Origin: Burkholderiales bacterium
Lineage (GTDB): Bacteria; Pseudomonadota; Gammaproteobacteria; Burkholderiales; Burkholderiaceae_C
Assembly (NCBI GenBank): GCA_031419715.1
Contig: JANOLJ010000336.1
Span: 2,050 to 66,049 of the forward strand
Direction of reading: 5' to 3'
DNA: 64,000 bases
The position numbers were made by a program, and so were the translations under genes. Each line of letters begins with the position of its first letter. Positions within the stretch are counted from its first letter, which is position 1. Positions 1 to 8,882 of the stretch are shown in pieces. Under the pieces are notes generated by a model, which saw only the letters and a list, made by a program, of their open reading frames with translations, made no database searches and was not told the origin of the DNA.

Positions 1-1
1 T

Positions 2-442
2 CGCGGTGCGTTTGAAGTGGGCGGCAAAAGCATAGGCTTGAACATCGTGCTGCCGCACGAGCAGGCGCCCAACGACTACATCACGCCCGAGCTGTGCTTC
101 CAGTTCCACTACTTCGCGCTGCGCAAGATGCATTTCCTGATGCGCAGCATCGCGCTGGTGTGTTTCCCGGGCGGCTTCGGCACGCTGGATGAATTGTTCG
201 AAACGATGACGCTGATCCAGACCGGCAAGTGCCGGCGCCGGCCGATCCTGCTGTTTGGCCGCGACTTCTGGACGAGCCTGATCAACTTCGACTTGCTCAT
301 CGACACCGGCATGATCAGCCCCGAAGACAAGAACTTGTTCCACTTCGTCGAAAGCGCCGAGGAGGCGTGGAGCCACTTGGAGGCCGAGTACGGTTTCGAC
401 CTGCCGCAGACGCAGACGGGTGAATTCGCCGTCGACATATAG
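2..442 (+). CDS. LOG family protein (TIGR00730-type, cytokinin riboside 5'-monophosphate phosphoribohydrolase-like), 5'-truncated by window edge
   Basis: The reading frame is open from the window edge. The translation carries LOG hallmarks GGKSIGLNIxLPHEQ and PGGFGTLDELFE. Confidence 0.85.
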   Translation, partial: RGAFEVGGKSIGLNIVLPHEQAPNDYITPELCFQFHYFALRKMHFLMRSIALVCFPGGFGTLDELFETMTLIQTGKCRRRPILLFGRDFWTSLINFDLLIDTGMISPEDKNLFHFVESAEEAWSHLEAEYGFDLPQTQTGEFAVDI

Positions 443-452
443 CGCGCGACAC

Positions 453-1367
453 ATGACACGCAACGTCAGCCTGATTGGTGCGCCCACCGACATCGGCGCG
501 GGAACGCGCGGTGCCAGCATGGGGCCGGAGGCGCTGCGCGTGGCGGGCATCGTGTCGGTGCTGCGGCGTCGCGGTCTCGATGTCGTGGACCGCGGCAACC
601 TGGCGGGCCCGGCCAATCCGTGGCAGGAGCCACTCAATGGCTATCGCCATCTGCCCGAGGTGGTGCAGTGGAACCAGGCAGTGCACGACGCCGTGCACGG
701 CGAATTGCGCAACGCGCGGCTACCGATTCTGCTGGGCGGTGATCACTGCCTGGCGATCGGCTCCATCGGCGCCGTGGCCCGCCATTGCCGCGAAACTAAC
801 CGGCGCCTGCGCGTGCTGTGGCTTGACGCGCACGCCGATTTCAACACCAACGTGTTGACACCGAGCGGCAACATGCACGGCATGCCGGTGGCCTGCTTGT
901 GCGGCAAGGGGCCGCAAGAATTGATCGAGATCGGCGGCGCCGTACCGGCGCTGCACCCGAAGGCGCTGTACCAGATCGGCATCCGCAGCGTCGACGACGA
1001 TGAAAAGCGCCTCGTCCATGAAGCCGACCTCGACGTATTCGACATGCGCTACATCGACGAGATGGGAATGCGCCACACGATGGAGCTGGCGCTGGCGACA
1101 CTCGACGCGCAAACGCACTTGCATGTGAGCTTGGACGTCGACTTTCTCGACCCCGACATCGCCCCCGGCGTGGGCACCACGGTGCGCGGCGGGCCGACCT
1201 ATCGCGAAGCGCAGTTGTGCATGGAGATGATCGCCGACACCGGGCGCCTGAGCTCGCTTGACGTGATGGAACTGAACCCAGCGCTCGATGTGCGCAACCG
1301 CACCGCCGAGTTGGCGGTGGACTTGATCGAGAGCCTGTTCGGCAAGAGCACGTTGATGCGCAAGTAG
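453..1367 (+). CDS. rocF: arginase (ureohydrolase family)
   Basis: Mn-binding ureohydrolase motifs GGDHCLAIGS, LWLDAHADFNT and SLDVDFLDP are present, plus MELNP. I chose ATG 453 (MTRNVSLIGAPTD) within the 420..1367 ORF. Confidence 0.85.
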   Translation: MTRNVSLIGAPTDIGAGTRGASMGPEALRVAGIVSVLRRRGLDVVDRGNLAGPANPWQEPLNGYRHLPEVVQWNQAVHDAVHGELRNARLPILLGGDHCLAIGSIGAVARHCRETNRRLRVLWLDAHADFNTNVLTPSGNMHGMPVACLCGKGPQELIEIGGAVPALHPKALYQIGIRSVDDDEKRLVHEADLDVFDMRYIDEMGMRHTMELALATLDAQTHLHVSLDVDFLDPDIAPGVGTTVRGGPTYREAQLCMEMIADTGRLSSLDVMELNPALDVRNRTAELAVDLIESLFGKSTLMRK

Positions 1368-1488
1368 GCGCGCAAGCACCCCCGCAAGCACCCCCGCAAG
1401 CAACCCCGCAAGCAACCGCGCAAGCAACCGCGCAAGCAACCGCGAAAGTAACCGCGAAAGTAAGCGGGCAAGTGAGCAGGCAAGTACG
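1357..1488. repeat. tandem array of 11 copies of a 12-nt unit (consensus CGCGCAAGCAAC)
   Basis: Read directly: tgcgcaagtagg cgcgcaagcacc cccgcaagcacc cccgcaagcaac x2 cgcgcaagcaac x2 cgcgaaagtaac cgcgaaagtaag cgggcaagtgag caggcaagtacg. The first unit contains the arginase stop codon. The array fills the convergent 3' intergenic gap. Confidence 0.9.
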
Positions 1489-1497
1489 CGCGTCGCA

Positions 1498-1998
1498 TCA
1501 AGGCGCGTGGCACGACCCGTGTGCTTTGCGAAATCGGCGTGGCTCGAGCGCTTCGGTCTGGGAAAACAAGCCGCGCCGCGCCACTCGCGCCGCCTGTTCC
1601 TGCGCCGCATAGGCCCCTGGGTGGTGCCGGAACTTCAAATTCCAGGCGTGGCCCTGGGCAACCATCCAGGCGCCGATGTCTTCACCATCAAGCGCCAAGG
1701 TTGCGACGCCGCGCTGATAGTCGTCAGTTGCGGTGCTTTGCAGCCGCACCCGGCGCTGCAGCACGCGCGCTTCGAGTGCGGCCTGGGCCTGGGGTCCCCA
1801 GGGCTGGCAGATCTCGGGCGCATCGATTCCGCTGAGTCGAAACGCGCGCGGCTTGGGTGCGCCACCCGAGCCGGCGTCCAGGCGTATCCACAGCGTGTCG
1901 CCGTCGGTGACGAGCGTGACGGTGCCGCTCAGCGCATGCGCGGGAGCCTGCGCGGCGAGCAGCAGCCACGCCAGGGCGACGAATCGGGCGCGGATCAT
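1498..1998 (-). CDS. secreted thermonuclease (staphylococcal nuclease-like, SNase fold)
   Basis: A signal-like N-terminus MIRARFVALAWLLLAAQAPAHA is followed by SNase motifs GDTLWIR and RLSGIDAPE and a C-terminal AQGHAW. The ATG at 1998 overlaps the upstream stop (ATGA). Confidence 0.8.
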   Translation of the reverse strand: MIRARFVALAWLLLAAQAPAHALSGTVTLVTDGDTLWIRLDAGSGGAPKPRAFRLSGIDAPEICQPWGPQAQAALEARVLQRRVRLQSTATDDYQRGVATLALDGEDIGAWMVAQGHAWNLKFRHHPGAYAAQEQAARVARRGLFSQTEALEPRRFRKAHGSCHAP

Positions 1999-2393
1999 GC
2001 CAAGGCCGTCGAATTGATCAGCCATGCGACAAACAGCGCGATCAGACTCAGCCAGATCACCACCACGACGAGCGCACCCCACCACAAGCGTGGCAGCCGG
2101 TCGCTTGAGGTCTGCGCTTCGCGCAGGCAGGCTTGCCACAGGGCCGCGGGCGTCAAACGCACCACCAGCGCGATACCCAGCGGCAACAACAAGAGGTCAT
2201 CGAGCAGGCCGAGCACCGGAATGAAGTCGGGGATGAGGTCGATCGGGCTCACGGCGTAAGCGATCACGGCGATCGCAACCCATTTCGCCGCGCGCGGCGT
2301 TTGCGGGTGACGCATGAGCTTCCAAAGCGCCAGCAGGCGAACTCGCAACTGGACCACCGCGCCGCGCCTGGCCAAACGCGATAGCCAGCTCAT
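1995..2393 (-). CDS. DUF1232 (YkvA-like) membrane protein
   Basis: It has the characteristic segment YAVSPIDLIPDFIPVLGLLDD plus hydrophobic helices. There is a 4-nt overlap with the nuclease gene. Confidence 0.75.
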   Translation of the reverse strand: MSWLSRLARRGAVVQLRVRLLALWKLMRHPQTPRAAKWVAIAVIAYAVSPIDLIPDFIPVLGLLDDLLLLPLGIALVVRLTPAALWQACLREAQTSSDRLPRLWWGALVVVVIWLSLIALFVAWLINSTALA

Positions 2394-2624
2394 GTGGAGC
2401 GGGTGCGGAGTTTCGAACGGGTCTGTGCCGGCATGGTACTTGCGTCGGGGTTCATTGCAGCGCAGCGGCGGCGCGAGGTCTCGCTAAGAGCGCCCGGGCC
2501 GGCTGCAGCGTCGTCAGCCCTGCGCTGCGGGTATGAGTAAAGAAGCAGAGCCCTATTTGTTCAGGAGTATCTGCTTTCCATAGAATCCCCGTTTCCCTTT
2601 CATCACCCTGTGCTGGAGAGTCCA

Positions 2625-3536
2625 ATGAACAAGTCAATCCTCGCAACTGCCGCGGTGCTCGCTGGCGTGCTGGCGCCCTTGAGCGTGCACGCCCAGGCCA
2701 CCGATACGCTGAAGAAGATCAAGGACAGCGGTGCTGTCACGATGGGCGTGCGCGAATCGTCAGGCGCGCTGAGCTACACCTTGGGCGACGGCAAATACGT
2801 CGGCTTTCACGTCGAGGTCTGCCAGCGCGTGTTGGCCGACATTCAGAAGTCCCTGGGTCTGGCGAAGCTGGAAACCAAGTTCCAGGCGGTGACGTCGCAG
2901 AACCGCATTCCGCTGGTGCAGAACGGCACCGTCGACATCGAGTGCGGGTCGACCACGAACAACGCCACGCGGCAGAAGGATGTGGCCTTCGCTCCCACCA
3001 CCTACGTCGAGGAAGTGCGCATCGCGGTCAAGGCCAATTCGGGCATCACGGCGATCGGCCAGTTGAACGGCAAGAAGGTCGCCACGACGACCGGCACGAC
3101 TTCGGTGCAGACCCTGCGCAAGAACGAGCGCGCCACAGGCGTGAACTTCGACGAAGTGTTCGGCAAGGACCACGCCGACAGCTTTCTGCTGCTTGAGTCG
3201 GGCCGCGCCGACGCCTTCGTGATGGACGGCCAGATCCTTGCCGGCCTCATTTCCAAGTCCAAGGCCCCTGCGGACTACAAGATCGTCGGCGAAGTGCTGT
3301 CGGTCGAACCAATTGCCATCATGTACCGCAAGGACGACGCCGGCTTCAGGAAAGCCGTGGACGACAGCGTGCGCGCGATGATGCAGTCGGGTGACCTTGC
3401 CAAGCTTTACGACAAATGGTTCATCCAGGCGATTCCGCCGAGCAACACCAAGGTCGGGCTGGCGTTGTCAGATGCCACCAAGGCGGCCTGGGCGGCACCC
3501 AACGACAAGCCGATGGAAGACTACGCCAAGAAATAG
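2625..3536 (+). CDS. gltI: glutamate/aspartate ABC transporter substrate-binding protein
   Basis: It has a signal peptide and family-3 SBP sequence, and sits first in a binding protein-permease-permease-ATPase operon. ATG 2625 is preceded by GGAGA. Confidence 0.85.
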   Translation: MNKSILATAAVLAGVLAPLSVHAQATDTLKKIKDSGAVTMGVRESSGALSYTLGDGKYVGFHVEVCQRVLADIQKSLGLAKLETKFQAVTSQNRIPLVQNGTVDIECGSTTNNATRQKDVAFAPTTYVEEVRIAVKANSGITAIGQLNGKKVATTTGTTSVQTLRKNERATGVNFDEVFGKDHADSFLLLESGRADAFVMDGQILAGLISKSKAPADYKIVGEVLSVEPIAIMYRKDDAGFRKAVDDSVRAMMQSGDLAKLYDKWFIQAIPPSNTKVGLALSDATKAAWAAPNDKPMEDYAKK

Positions 3537-3626
3537 TTCGAGCTGACTTGAGGTAAGCCCCAGGGTCGCGCGGCCGGACGCGGGCTTATCCTGGCCGCGT
3601 TGGTGTCGCGCTGATCGGAGGGTGCC

Positions 3627-4331
3627 TTGGGCAAGTGGGATTGGCAGGTTTTCCTGCAAGACACGGGGGGTGGGCAAACCTACCTCGAGTGGCTGTTCAG
3701 TGCGTGGGGCTGGACCTTGTCGGTCGCTGTGTGTGCGCTGGTGGTTGCGCTGTCGGTCGGCTCACTGATGGGGATCTTGCGCACCGCGCCGAACAAATGG
3801 CTGGTCGCACTGGGCAACGCCTGGACCGAGCTGTTTCGCAACATTCCCTTGTTGGTCCAGATCTTCCTCTGGTACCACGTCATCCCCTCGATCTTTCTTT
3901 CACTGCGCGGCGTGCCGAGCTTCGTGCTCGTGGTCTTCGCGCTGGGTTTCTTCACGTCGGCGCGCATCTCCGAGCAGGTCAAGGCGGGCATTCAGGCGCT
4001 GCCCCAGGGCCAGCGCTATGCCGGCCTGGCGATGGGATTGAGCCTGCCGCAGACCTATCGCTACGTGCTGCTGCCAATGGCGTTTCGCATCGTCATCCCG
4101 CCGCTCACGAGCGAGTCGATGAACATCATCAAGAACTCCTCGGTGGCGTTCGCGGTGAGCATCGCCGAGCTCACGATGTTCGCGATGCAGGCGCAGGAAG
4201 AAACCTCTCGCGGCATCGAGATCTACCTTGCCGTGACGGGCCTGTACTTCGTGTCGGCATTCGCCATCAACCGGCTGGCGCTGTTCATCGAGCAGCGCGT
4301 GCAGGTGCCCGGCATGATTGGCGCCAAGTGA
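3627..4331 (+). CDS. gltJ: amino acid ABC transporter permease (GltJ-like)
   Basis: A polytopic His/Glu/Gln/Arg-type permease. The N-terminus GKWDWQVFLQD..YLEWL resembles GltJ. A TTG start at 3627 follows GGAGG. Confidence 0.85.
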   Translation: MGKWDWQVFLQDTGGGQTYLEWLFSAWGWTLSVAVCALVVALSVGSLMGILRTAPNKWLVALGNAWTELFRNIPLLVQIFLWYHVIPSIFLSLRGVPSFVLVVFALGFFTSARISEQVKAGIQALPQGQRYAGLAMGLSLPQTYRYVLLPMAFRIVIPPLTSESMNIIKNSSVAFAVSIAELTMFAMQAQEETSRGIEIYLAVTGLYFVSAFAINRLALFIEQRVQVPGMIGAK

Positions 4332-4332
4332 G

Positions 4333-5004
4333 ATGAATCTGAACCTCGACTTCGCCTTCCTCGACTGGGGCGTGATCTCCAGCTTCATCGCCAAGGGATT
4401 CTTCTTCTCGGTGCAGCTCACGATGGTGGCAATGGTGGGCGGCATCGCACTGGGCACCGTGCTGGCGCTGATGCGCTTGTCGGGCAAGAAGTGGCTGGTC
4501 CTGCCAGCGGCGTTCTACGTCAACACGCTGCGCTCGATTCCGCTGGTGATGGTGATCCTGTGGTTCTTCCTGCTGATTCCGCTTCTGATCGGCCGGCCGA
4601 TGGGCGCCGAGCTGAGCGCAGTGATCACGTTCACCGTGTTCGAGGCCGCCTACTACTCCGAAATCATGCGCGCGGGCATCCAGAGCGTGCCCAAGGGCCA
4701 GGTCCACGCTGGCTACGCGGTGGGCATGACCTATCCGCAGTGCATGCAGTTGATCGTGCTGCCGCAGGCGTTTCGCAACATGCTGCCGGTGCTGCTCACG
4801 CAAACCATCATCCTGTTCCAAGACACCTCATTGGTCTACGCCATCGGCGCCTACGACCTGCTCAAAGGCTTCGAGGTCGCCGGCAAGAACTTCAACCGCC
4901 CGGTCGAAACCTACCTCATCGCGACCGTTGTCTACTTCATCATCTGCTTCAGCTTGTCGATGTTCGTGCGCCGGCTACAGCAGAAGATTCAGATCATTCG
5001 CTAG
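4333..5004 (+). CDS. gltK: amino acid ABC transporter permease (GltK-like)
   Basis: A permease with an EAA-like loop ([20 protein letters not shown]). ATG 4333 lies 1 nt after the gltJ stop. Confidence 0.85.
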   Translation: MNLNLDFAFLDWGVISSFIAKGFFFSVQLTMVAMVGGIALGTVLALMRLSGKKWLVLPAAFYVNTLRSIPLVMVILWFFLLIPLLIGRPMGAELSAVITFTVFEAAYYSEIMRAGIQSVPKGQVHAGYAVGMTYPQCMQLIVLPQAFRNMLPVLLTQTIILFQDTSLVYAIGAYDLLKGFEVAGKNFNRPVETYLIATVVYFIICFSLSMFVRRLQQKIQIIR

Positions 5005-5021
5005 ACCCCAGGCAGCAGACC

Positions 5022-5756
5022 ATGATCGACATCAAGAACGTGAGCAAGTGGTACGGGAGTTTCCAGGTGCTGACCGATTGCACGACCACGATTCAGAAAG
5101 GCGAAGTCGTCGTCGTCTGCGGACCCTCGGGCTCGGGCAAGAGCACGCTCATCAAGACCGTCAACGCGCTGGAGCCGATCCAGAAGGGCGACATCGTCGT
5201 CGACGGCATCAGCATCAGCGACCCCAAGACCAACTTGCCCAAGCTGCGCTCGCGTGTGGGCATGGTGTTTCAGCACTTCGAGCTGTTCCCGCACCTCACC
5301 GTGACGGAAAACCTGACGCTGGCGCAGATCAAGGTGCTCAATCGCAGCGCGGACGAAGCCTTGACCCGCGGCCTGAAGATGCTCGACCGCGTCGGCCTGA
5401 TGGTGCACAAAGACAAATTTCCCGGTCAGCTCTCCGGCGGTCAGCAGCAGCGTGTGGCGATTGCGCGCGCCCTGTCGATGGACCCGATCGTGATGTTGTT
5501 TGACGAACCCACATCGGCGCTGGACCCCGAAATGGTGGGCGAGGTGCTCGATGTGATGGTGCTGCTGGCCAAGGAAGGCATGACGATGATGGTCGTGACC
5601 CACGAGATGGGCTTTGCCAAACGCGTCAGCCATCGCGTGATCTTCATGGACGCAGGCAAGATCGTCGAAGACTGCAAGACGCAAGAGTTCTTCGGTGACC
5701 CCGATGCAAGGTCGGCCCGGGCGAAGGAGTTTCTCTCGAAGATCCTTCAACACTGA
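5022..5756 (+). CDS. gltL: amino acid ABC transporter ATP-binding protein (GltL-like)
   Basis: Walker [10 protein letters not shown], signature [15 protein letters not shown] and Walker [12 protein letters not shown] are present. The upstream part of ORF 4491..5756 overlaps gltK and was discarded. Confidence 0.92.
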   Translation: MIDIKNVSKWYGSFQVLTDCTTTIQKGEVVVVCGPSGSGKSTLIKTVNALEPIQKGDIVVDGISISDPKTNLPKLRSRVGMVFQHFELFPHLTVTENLTLAQIKVLNRSADEALTRGLKMLDRVGLMVHKDKFPGQLSGGQQQRVAIARALSMDPIVMLFDEPTSALDPEMVGEVLDVMVLLAKEGMTMMVVTHEMGFAKRVSHRVIFMDAGKIVEDCKTQEFFGDPDARSARAKEFLSKILQH

Positions 5757-5783
5757 ACCTGCGTCCCGTGCGGACGCGCGAGT

Positions 5784-6662
5784 TCATTGCGCGGTGGGCT
5801 GCGCGGTAGCGCCCGGCAGGGCAGTGACGATCCAGCCCTCCAGTGGGTCAACGCCGCACGGAAGCCCGAAGTTCGGCTGCACCGCCGCCCAGGCAGCCTG
5901 CACCATGCAAAGCACGGCATCGAGCTGGTCGGCGCGCGCATCGTCAAGCAAGGCCTGACGCTGCGCTCGGCTCAGGGCCAGGCGCATTTCGAGGCGGGTC
6001 GCACCACGTTCCAGCGCATCGATCAGCTCGGCCCGCGCTGCCCGGCGCGGTTCATCCTGGCGCGCCTTGTCGTCGCTCTTGTAGGAACGCGCCCCGAGCA
6101 ACTCACGCGCCAGCAGGCCAGGGTAGCCCTCCAGGGCAACGCGGCGCGGGTCACCCGCATGCAGGCCCGGCAAGTGCGACCCCGAAGCAAGCAACAGCGG
6201 CGCGCCCGCGTGCAGCATGTAGGCCACCGGCGGGTTCACCCATTTCATTGAGGGCGACGACCCCGCTGGCCGGTCGCAGGCGCGATGCGCGAATTTCCCG
6301 CCAGGCGGGCGTGCCGCGCAAAAGGCGGCAAAGGTCGCGCGAATTTGCTCGCGCGGCAGCGCCGCGTAGTGTGTGATGAGCGCGGGCCAGGTCATCGGCC
6401 ACCCCAGGTGCACGACCAGCTCCCGCGGCAGGCCGAAAGGAAAATCGAAAGCCCCGAGCCATGGGCCGGGCGTGCGCAGCCACCGCGCCAGCGCAGCAAA
6501 GTCGGGCAGCAGATGCAGCGCATCCAGCGCCACACCGCCCGCGACGGGGTGGCCAAGCGCCAGGGCAATGGGTTTGGCCGGCCGGGGGCGACTCGTGAAG
6601 TCGACGCCGACGAGCACGGGAAAATCGCGAGGCGTGTCTGGCATTGATGGCGTTAAAGTCAT
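5784..6662 (-). CDS. DUF429 domain protein (predicted RNase H-like fold)
   Basis: The N-terminal VLVGVDFTSRP segment and overall layout resemble the DUF429 family. This is recognition by eye only. An alternative ATG exists at 6644. Confidence 0.6.
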   Translation of the reverse strand: MTLTPSMPDTPRDFPVLVGVDFTSRPRPAKPIALALGHPVAGGVALDALHLLPDFAALARWLRTPGPWLGAFDFPFGLPRELVVHLGWPMTWPALITHYAALPREQIRATFAAFCAARPPGGKFAHRACDRPAGSSPSMKWVNPPVAYMLHAGAPLLLASGSHLPGLHAGDPRRVALEGYPGLLARELLGARSYKSDDKARQDEPRRAARAELIDALERGATRLEMRLALSRAQRQALLDDARADQLDAVLCMVQAAWAAVQPNFGLPCGVDPLEGWIVTALPGATAQPTAQ

Positions 6663-6715
6663 GCTCGCTTTGCATCATCAAGTTTCCGCGACAACTTCGA
6701 AGATCACAATCACGC

Positions 6716-8248
6716 ATGCCCGAGCCCACGGACAAAACCCTATCCAGCCCGGCGCCACCACCGCGCGAACACATCGTCAGCACCGACCACAGCGTCACCC
6801 TCGGTGGTCACACGCTCGAATACACGGTCACTTGCGGCACGCTGCTGCTGCGCCTGTACAACGAGACGCCGGATCCGAAAGCGCAAGGCCCGAACGGCTC
6901 GGCCGGCGCGCCTGTTCAAGCGCCGGACAAGGCCCGCGCCGAGTTCTTCTTCATCGCCTACACGCGCAAAGACGCACCGCCCGGCACACCACCCCACGAG
7001 CCACGCGCCCTGACTTTCGCCTTCAACGGCGGCCCGGGGTCGAGCAGCGTGTGGCTGCACCTGGGCTTGCTCGGTCCGCACGTGGTGGCGACCGACGACA
7101 CCGGCCTCGCGCCGCCGCCACCCTATGCGCTGCGCGGCAACGAGCACACGCTGCTCACCCACAGCGACCTGGTCTTCATCGACCCGGTGGGCACCGGCCA
7201 TTCGCGCATGCTCGACGGCGAGCCGACCACCGAGTTTCACGAGTACCAGCGCGACCTCGACTCGGTGAGCGAATTCATCCGCCTGTACCTGACGCGCTTT
7301 GACCGCTGGGCCAGCCCGAAGTACCTGATCGGCGAGAGTTACGGCACGACCCGAGCCGCCGGCTTGTCGCACCACTTGCAGGAAAAACACGACATCTTTC
7401 TGAACGGCGTGATGCTCGTGTCCCTCGCGATCGACATGCAAACGCTCAGCTTCGATCACGCGAACGACCTGCCCTACGCGCTGTTCCTTCCGAGCTACGC
7501 CGCCACCGCTTGGTATCACCGCGCGCTGCCATTGGACATGCAGCGCAAGGCCTTGCGCGAAGTGATCGCCGCCGCAGAGACCTTTGCCAACGCCGAATAC
7601 AGCCTGGCCTTGATGCAGGGTTCGCGCCTGTCGCTGGCTGAGCGCGAACGCATTGCCTCGCAGGTGGCGCGCTTCACCGGCCTGTCCATCGACTACGTGC
7701 TGCGCTGCGACCTGCGTCCGCTCGATGCGCGCTTTTGCAAGGAACTGCTGCGCCAACGCGGCCAGACGGTCGGGCGCCTGGACTCGCGCTTCGTCGGCCA
7801 GGACCGCGACGACGCTGGCGAGCAACCCGAAGCTGACGCGGCGATGAGCAATCTGGCGGGTGCCTATGCGGCGGGCATCAACCGCTTGCTGCGTTCATCC
7901 TTCAAGTTCGAGAGCGACGCGCCCTATGTCGTGCATGCGCCGCTGTGGCAAAAGTGGAAGTGGAAAGACTTCGAGAACAAATATGTGAACGTTGGCGCCA
8001 GCCTGCGCCGCGCGATACAGGCCAATCCCCACATGCGCGTGTACGTGGCGAGCGGCTTCTACGATCTGGCCACGCCGCATGCCGCGGCCGACTACACGCT
8101 GAGCCACCTGGGTCTGCGCGACTCGCAAGCAGCGAACATCAGCGTCAACTATTTCGAGGCTGGCCACATGATGTACATCCACCAACCCTCGCTGGCGCGC
8201 ATGGCGATGCAGTTGCGCTCGTTCGTCAAGTCGCAGAATGATCGGTGA
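6716..8248 (+). CDS. peptidase S10 family serine carboxypeptidase-like protein
   Basis: It has NGGPGSSS and the catalytic-serine motif GESYG. I chose ATG 6716 (MPEPTDK). Confidence 0.75.
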   Translation: MPEPTDKTLSSPAPPPREHIVSTDHSVTLGGHTLEYTVTCGTLLLRLYNETPDPKAQGPNGSAGAPVQAPDKARAEFFFIAYTRKDAPPGTPPHEPRALTFAFNGGPGSSSVWLHLGLLGPHVVATDDTGLAPPPPYALRGNEHTLLTHSDLVFIDPVGTGHSRMLDGEPTTEFHEYQRDLDSVSEFIRLYLTRFDRWASPKYLIGESYGTTRAAGLSHHLQEKHDIFLNGVMLVSLAIDMQTLSFDHANDLPYALFLPSYAATAWYHRALPLDMQRKALREVIAAAETFANAEYSLALMQGSRLSLAERERIASQVARFTGLSIDYVLRCDLRPLDARFCKELLRQRGQTVGRLDSRFVGQDRDDAGEQPEADAAMSNLAGAYAAGINRLLRSSFKFESDAPYVVHAPLWQKWKWKDFENKYVNVGASLRRAIQANPHMRVYVASGFYDLATPHAAADYTLSHLGLRDSQAANISVNYFEAGHMMYIHQPSLARMAMQLRSFVKSQNDR

Positions 8249-8259
8249 CGCGCCGCGTC

Positions 8260-8784
8260 TCAATCAAAGGACGACTGCACTGTCCCTAGAAATCCTTCGA
8301 ATCCGCCCTCACGGTCGGTGTAGTTGGCACTGATCGTCGCCAGCGTGGTTTCTCGCTCCTGGGCAATGAAACGCTCAAGTTCGCGGTAGTGGTCGGGCGT
8401 GAAATTCTGGCCTTCGCTGAGCAGGGCGATCTCGGCAATGACCGCCCAGTCAATCTCCTGCGAAGTGACCCACACGCGTGCCCCTTGCGGCAAGTTGTGC
8501 AGCAGTTCGGCCATGGCGCATTCATGGTCGCTCAAGGCCACCGACACTGAATCGGGCCAGCGCCGCAGATGCGCTTCGTCGTCGCGCAGCGGCGCCCACA
8601 TCGCCACCAGATATTGCGGCGGATGGGTTTCGATCGCGTCACCCTGATCGGTCTGGATCACCTGGGCGATCGGCCCGATGATGCGGCGCACGGCGCCGAT
8701 CCACACGCCAGCTTCGGGGCGTGCAACGATGCGGTGGTCGATCGCGGCACTGTGTCGGTCCATGGCGTCCTCGTTTGGCTGCAT
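8260..8784 (-). CDS. hypothetical cytoplasmic protein (about 174 aa), last gene of the clsB gene string
   Basis: Amino-acid composition is non-repetitive and protein-like, with no family recognised. The part of the ORF above 8883 overlaps clsB, so I chose ATG 8784 (alternative 8763). Confidence 0.5.
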   Translation of the reverse strand: MQPNEDAMDRHSAAIDHRIVARPEAGVWIGAVRRIIGPIAQVIQTDQGDAIETHPPQYLVAMWAPLRDDEAHLRRWPDSVSVALSDHECAMAELLHNLPQGARVWVTSQEIDWAVIAEIALLSEGQNFTPDHYRELERFIAQERETTLATISANYTDREGGFEGFLGTVQSSFD

Positions 8785-8882
8785 TGTGCCGGCGGGGTCT
8801 CGACGCGCGCCTCCCACATCCGTGGGGGCGCGGGCCCTATCGGCTTCGGCATGGGCCACCTGTCCAGGGTGGTTGCGCCAGA

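Noticed and set aside
1357-1488. The tandem arrays at 1357-1488 and 19758-19802 as possible CRISPR arrays.
   Set aside because: The units are contiguous 12-nt and 9-nt repeats with no unique spacers. The unit size is far below CRISPR repeats, and no cas genes are present in the window.
4491-5021. Long N-terminal extensions offered by the ORF track: gltL from 4491, FmdB to 14800, pdxA to 37143, degS-like from 36695, hisI to 41661, slmA to 43710, argB to 44800, dusB from 46573, fis from 47298, mscL from 32546, HIT to 40733 and DUF3426 from 62035.
   Set aside because: The extensions overlap neighbouring genes or are Arg/Pro-rich and non-conserved. Internal ATG/GTG codons coincide with canonical family N-termini, RBS-like purine tracts or ATGA/TGATG coupling with the upstream stop.
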